Position numbers and translations under genes: made by a program. Positions 60,047 through 64,000 of a stretch of 64,000 nt of DNA are shown piece after piece (positions within the stretch are counted from its first letter, which is position 1; every line of letters begins with the position of its first letter). A model generated the notes under the pieces. That model was not told the DNA's origin. It saw only the letters and a program-made list of their open reading frames with translations, and made no database searches. The DNA comes from Acanthopagrus schlegelii (Eukaryota), in NCBI GenBank assembly GCA_041753875.1, contig CM085492.1:12191563-12255562 (forward strand), given 5' to 3'.

Positions 60047-60552
60047 ATCTTCGGAGTGAGCGGTGACTTTTTGTTTTTTATATAGCTGTAATTTTAACTT
60101 TAACTTTCATCCACGCCTTGTTGAGCACGGAGGCACGTTAGGATTTCCCTACCATACCATCAACAAAATAATTCCGACCATGTGTTAAGACGGAACCTTT
60201 GGTCGTGTTCTTTTCGTTCCATGCGTGCTCGCGCTGCCCTTGTTTCCGGGTACAGACCAGCAACATCTCCGATAAATGGCATACGTCTCGTAAATATTAT
60301 TATTGGCATAATGATATAATTACGCATTTATACAAAATAATCAAAAAATAAAGTCGTTTCAGGTTTGTGCCCAAACCGTTGCCATGGTGACGGCGAATCC
60401 ACTCCACACGCTTTTGGACCGAGGCGTAGAGAGCGCATGCGTGAGACTCCGCACCGGCCAGGAAACAGTTGCGGGGAAAGTTTTCCACCCTCTTTGTTGT
60501 TACCGTGTCCCTTCTGTCACTGCACAGAACTAGACCTTTTTAACAAATCAGG
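60047..60552. promoter_or_regulatory. Bidirectional CpG-rich promoter of about 500 bp shared by METTL17 (minus) and PARP2 (plus); TATA-like TATATA at 60079-60084 about 30 bp from the METTL17 ATG; GCGCATGCG NRF1-like at about 60434-60442
   Basis: The first coding exons of the two genes diverge from this interval; CpG-dense relative to the flanks. Confidence 0.6.
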
Positions 60553-60625
60553 ATGAGGCGTACGAGAAGTTCGAGAAACAAAAGTCACTGTGCACAAGAA
60601 AATGAAGAAGTGCAGTCTGAAACAG
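60553..60625 (+). CDS. parp2: PARP2 exon 1 (MRRTRSSRNKSHCAQENEEVQSET)
   Basis: Basic NLS-like N-terminus as in PARP2; donor ACAG|gttggt; in-phase with the following exons. Confidence 0.7.
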
Positions 60626-61907
60626 GTTGGTGCATGTTTCGCGCTGGAGGACTAGCCTGCCAGGATAGCTAGCTGCTGTAACTACGTCACATGTGGACTC
60701 AGGACAAAAAATCAGGAAATACATGTTTTGTATTTGTAGCTTAATTGTTGTTGCAAGTGATGTTGGAATCAACCACTTTATACTTATACTATCTATGCCT
60801 GTTAGAATTTGACCATGTGAGTAAAACATGTCAACCTGTTATTACCGCAGACCTAAAGGTCTTTGGTGAATACCCAATATGCACCCAGTTGCCAGTTTAT
60901 AAGGCACAGTTGGTTAGCTAGAACAGCCCTGTACCAAGCCCTGAAGGTTATAATGTTTAGACATTTGGTTTCAGAGAGGTGTTGATTCACTTCTTATTAT
61001 TGTTTGGGGTGCTGTTGAATCAGATAAGATCTGTATCACAATTTCCATTTTCATTGGACTACAGGACAAACTACACCAGTATTTTCTTTCAGTAAGGACC
61101 AGGGGAGTGTGATAGTATTTTAAGAGCCTTCTGTCTGTAATGTGACCTGATTGGTCCACATGGGTCGACCAACCTATTTAAGATGGTCTCGATCACTGTC
61201 TTGTAAGATAACCTGATGAAGGTCTGAGTACTGAAACGTTGTTCTTAAACTTTGCAAGTGATATGAACAGTGTACAGGAGGGTTCTTTTTTCCTTCTCCT
61301 GCGCACCTGTTGCAGCTGTATTCACTGAAAAACTATTGAAATCATGATGATTTAACATTTGTTGGGTCTGGGCAGGGCATCCCTGCAGCACTACAGTACT
61401 TATAATGCAGTTGTGTCAAACATATTACCTTAACAAAAAAACACAGATTCAGCAATTTGTGTAGTTTACTTGGCCATATTATGATTTTGATAGTATTTTG
61501 ATTAATTGTGCAGCCCTACAAAAAAAGCATATTAAAAAAAAGTAAGTGTCATAAAATGTAAGTATTCATTAGTACTTGAACTGCTTGTGCTTAGGTACAG
61601 TAAATTAGTACATGTACTTAGTCACATTCCATGCTGGGAATAAAAGATGAATCAGGAAGCAGAATGACTTAAATGACTCATTGTAGAAATCATATCATTA
61701 TCATATGGTTGCATTGTACAACAATTTTAGTTATTTATTGATTCAATAGCTATTTTTGTTTATTTTGGCAATACTTTCTTTAAACTTTCAAAATGTTTAC
61801 TTGGTAAGTCCCACAATACCAAAATGTATAAACGGGCTAGTTTGTAATATTTGAGTTGATGCAGTTGTAATAAAGTATCTAACTGTATTTTCTCTATGTG
61901 TGATCAG

Positions 61908-62117
61908 TGTGGCAGTGGAAAGGAGATGAAGGACAGTGGGAACCATACTCCCCTTCAGACTGCGCCTTGTTGGACTCAGCCGTCTCTTCAGGAGAAACCT
62001 CCGTCACTCTGTCTCTGGGCTCTGGGATGACCTACGAAGTCGACCTGAAGAAGATGGTCCAGATTAATCCTGTGACCAAGTACAAGAGGAAGATTCGCTC
62101 CCAGACAGTTAAACCAG
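61908..62117 (+). CDS. parp2: PARP2 exon 2, encodes a WWE-like domain (WQWKGDEGQWEPYSPSDCALLDSAVSSGETSVTLSLGSGMTYEVDLKKMVQINPVTKYKRKIRS)
   Basis: ORF 61907..62179; W-x-W…E…Y-x-D pattern typical of WWE; phase-1 acceptor tgatcag| and donor CCAG|gtatgt are consistent with exons 1 and 3. Confidence 0.65.
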
Positions 62118-62336
62118 GTATGTGTGTGTTTTGTGTTATGCCATATGGACCATTTTGCCACAATACTGTTTCATTTTAGATCAGTTGTTGAATTTGAAAT
62201 TGTTGACAACATCTGTCATCCCCTCTATTCGGATTTTCTCCATTTCACACTTTCTAACTTTTTTAGGAAATACTTTATCGAGTAGTCAGTAGAAGAAAGT
62301 TAATGTGTTTTTTTTCTGTTGTCTTCTTTTGTGCAG

Positions 62337-62495
62337 AAAGTTCAAATGATGCCTGTGACTTAACAGCTCAAAATGGGAAACCAGTTCAAGTTAAAAAGGA
62401 AGAGGAGACAGAAGAGCAACCTGCAGCTAAGAGGAAGAGAGGACAAAGCAAGAGTCAAACAAAAACCGAAGTAATGCCCAAAGAGGAAATAAAAG
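62337..62495 (+). CDS. parp2: PARP2 exon 3 (ESSNDACDLTAQNGKPVQVKKEEETEEQPAAKRKRGQSKSQTKTEVMPKEEIK; acidic/basic linker with NLS KRKR)
   Basis: Low-complexity charged linker as in the PARP2 N-terminal region; splice phases consistent. Confidence 0.65.
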
Positions 62496-62702
62496 GTGAA
62501 GGTAGCAGTGATCTAATTTTTGATACCTTTAGAAATGGTAATGTGATGTTGCTCAGTAATTGGCGATCTACAAGGTGGAGTAATTGCAGCAAAATCATCA
62601 AGTGATTTATGTTTTTTAAAGGATGTGGTTTTACCTATATTTCATATTAGAAGTCAGTTGACCTAATTAATAGTTTCTCTCTGGTCTTTGGATGATGAAC
62701 AG

Positions 62703-62773
62703 AGGTTGTGAAGACAGTGATCATGAAAGGAAAAGCTCCAGTGGACGGTGAATGCAAAGCCAAACTTGGAAAG
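62703..62773 (+). CDS. parp2: PARP2 exon 4 (EVVKTVIMKGKAPVDGECKAKLGK; start of WGR domain)
   Basis: Matches human PARP2 VKALLLKGKAPVDPECTAKVGK. Confidence 0.9.
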
Positions 62774-63248
62774 GTATATTATCTATGTTTAAATGCATCT
62801 TTTAAATGATTGTTGTACCGAGAGCAACTTCTTATTATAATCATCTTATCTCATTATTGATATTTTTTTGAGCAGCAGTGTGCAATGTAGGGTGCTCAGG
62901 TTTAGTTCAATTCTTAAAAATACATTGATAATCTTTTACAATCTCAGCAGTAACCTCTTGAGCTGAAAAATTAAGCCAACACATCAGAATATCTGCCAAT
63001 GAACTGCAGTTCCTCAAACAGCCACTTGAGGCAGGCTCACCAAACACCCAAATCTGCTGAATGCCCAACTTTACAGAGGACAAGTTAAACATCTTCTGTA
63101 TGATCAAACTGTTCCGGAAAAATAGAGCATTACTCTCAATCAACCCTGAATAAAAACAAGAGGTGAATAGTTCCTCAGTGCTTTCACTGTTACTTGTTGA
63201 GGTGGGCATTTTTTCACTATTCCTTTTTTCGATCTCTTTGTATTTCAG

Positions 63249-63299
63249 GCTCATGTTTACAGTGAAGGAAATGATGTTTACGATGCGATGCTCAACCAG
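63249..63299 (+). CDS. parp2: PARP2 exon 5 (AHVYSEGNDVYDAMLNQ)
   Basis: Matches AHVYCEGNDVYDVMLNQ. Confidence 0.9.
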
Positions 63300-63752
63300 G
63301 TAAAGTCTTTACTAAAAAAATGTCCTGTAAAGTTGGGAGGGGAATTTGTAACACTCATGAAGTGCTTTTTGGTCAAAATTCAAACGCTGTACTCTTTATT
63401 TCCTTATTGATTCGTAACTGACTGACTAGTAAATAGTCTGACAGATATTCTTATTGCAACTACTCACCATATTTCAGCAACTGATGATTTTAGAACAACA
63501 TTTATTTAACTATGCTTTTTGCCCCCCTCTAACGTCCTGACAATTTTCACTTACACAGCAATGTCTTCATCTGATACATGATTCTTTTTTAAGCTAATAA
63601 TGCAACTGTCCTACTGTTGCACAAAATCAACGAATCTAGTGAAAGCTTTAAAAGTATCCTGTTATTATGTACTTTAATTTTACAATTTAATTTGTTGGAA
63701 AGTGAGTATATATTTGTTTGACTTGTAGCAAATGCCTTCTGTCTTATTGCAG

Positions 63753-63849
63753 ACAAATCTTCAGTTTAACAACAACAAATACTACCTGCTCCAGCTGCTG
63801 GAAGACGACAACTCCAAGACTTACAGTGTGTGGTTGAGATGGGGCAGAG
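63753..63849 (+). CDS. parp2: PARP2 exon 6 (TNLQFNNNKYYLLQLLEDDNSKTYSVWLRWGR; WGR motif)
   Basis: Matches TNLQFNNNKYYLIQLLEDDAQRNFSVWMRWGRVG; the gene continues beyond the window end. Confidence 0.9.
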
Positions 63850-64000
63850 GTGAGCCAATGTGCCTGTTATTGTTAGCATGCTTGATATATGTATAGAAAT
63901 GTTTGTTTTAACACAGGAAATTAAGGAAATCCTGCAGTTTGGAAGGTCTTTTCTAAAATGTAAACTAAGTGGTTTAATTTATTTTGGTTGGTTTCCCTTA

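Noticed and set aside
60030-60215. Apparent plus-strand Pol III unit (PSE-like CCGTAAGG, TATATA at 60079, T4 terminator at about 60210)
   Set aside because: The CCGTAAGGCCAT string is the reverse complement of the METTL17 start codon context (ATGGCCTTACGG), and the TATA box is sited for METTL17; no independent RNA gene is needed to explain it.
59900-60540. RNase P RNA (RPPH1), expected by analogy with the mammalian RPPH1-PARP2 promoter pair
   Set aside because: Only weak CR-I-like and ACAGA-like fragments; no P1/P4 pairing could be built by eye, and METTL17 exon 1 occupies part of the interval. Left as a question for covariance-model search rather than called as a feature.

Overview
Vertebrate nuclear genomic DNA, almost certainly teleost fish, with six multi-exon genes and one single-coding-exon gene (all coding sequence interrupted by introns), Tc1/mariner and MITE-like repeats, and many (TA)n, (GT)n, (ATT)n and homopolymer microsatellites. 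It is not prokaryotic: there are no operons and no CRISPR. By reading ORF-track fragments against splice signals and protein-family knowledge I reconstruct the following genes in order. PEX19 lies on the minus strand (8 exons, 221-3664; CAAX-box C-terminus CSIM). A single-coding-exon MARVEL/MYADM-like membrane protein is on the plus strand (11360-12241). NFATC4 lies on the minus strand (13 coding exons, 21338-35357; the RHD exons are unambiguous). A leukotriene-B4-receptor-like GPCR is on the plus strand (3 coding exons, 44316-46522). SDR39U1 is on the plus strand (6 exons, 50934-53906). METTL17 is on the minus strand (14 exons, 55454-60046). PARP2 lies on the plus strand in head-to-head arrangement with METTL17 (first 6 exons, 60553-63849; continues beyond the window). 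NFATC4, LTB4R, SDR39U1, METTL17 and PARP2 all map to human 14q11.2-q12, so this is a conserved synteny block. Exon coordinates were derived by hand and may be off by 1-2 nt. The most interesting observations are: a WWE-domain exon inside the PARP2 orthologue; a METTL17/PARP2 bidirectional promoter sitting where mammals carry the RPPH1-PARP2 promoter pair; an internal CCAAT-box promoter-like element plus an ATG-containing exon 2 in NFATC4; a GC-AG intron and a 95-nt intron one quarter filled by an A25 tract in NFATC4; an internally deleted Tc1 element in an NFATC4 intron; a dispersed palindromic GCTAAC(G/A)TTAGC motif; and an anomalous CpG-rich block at about 5.5-5.95 kb. No novel system of the defence-island kind exists here; the novelty is at the level of gene structure and regulation.
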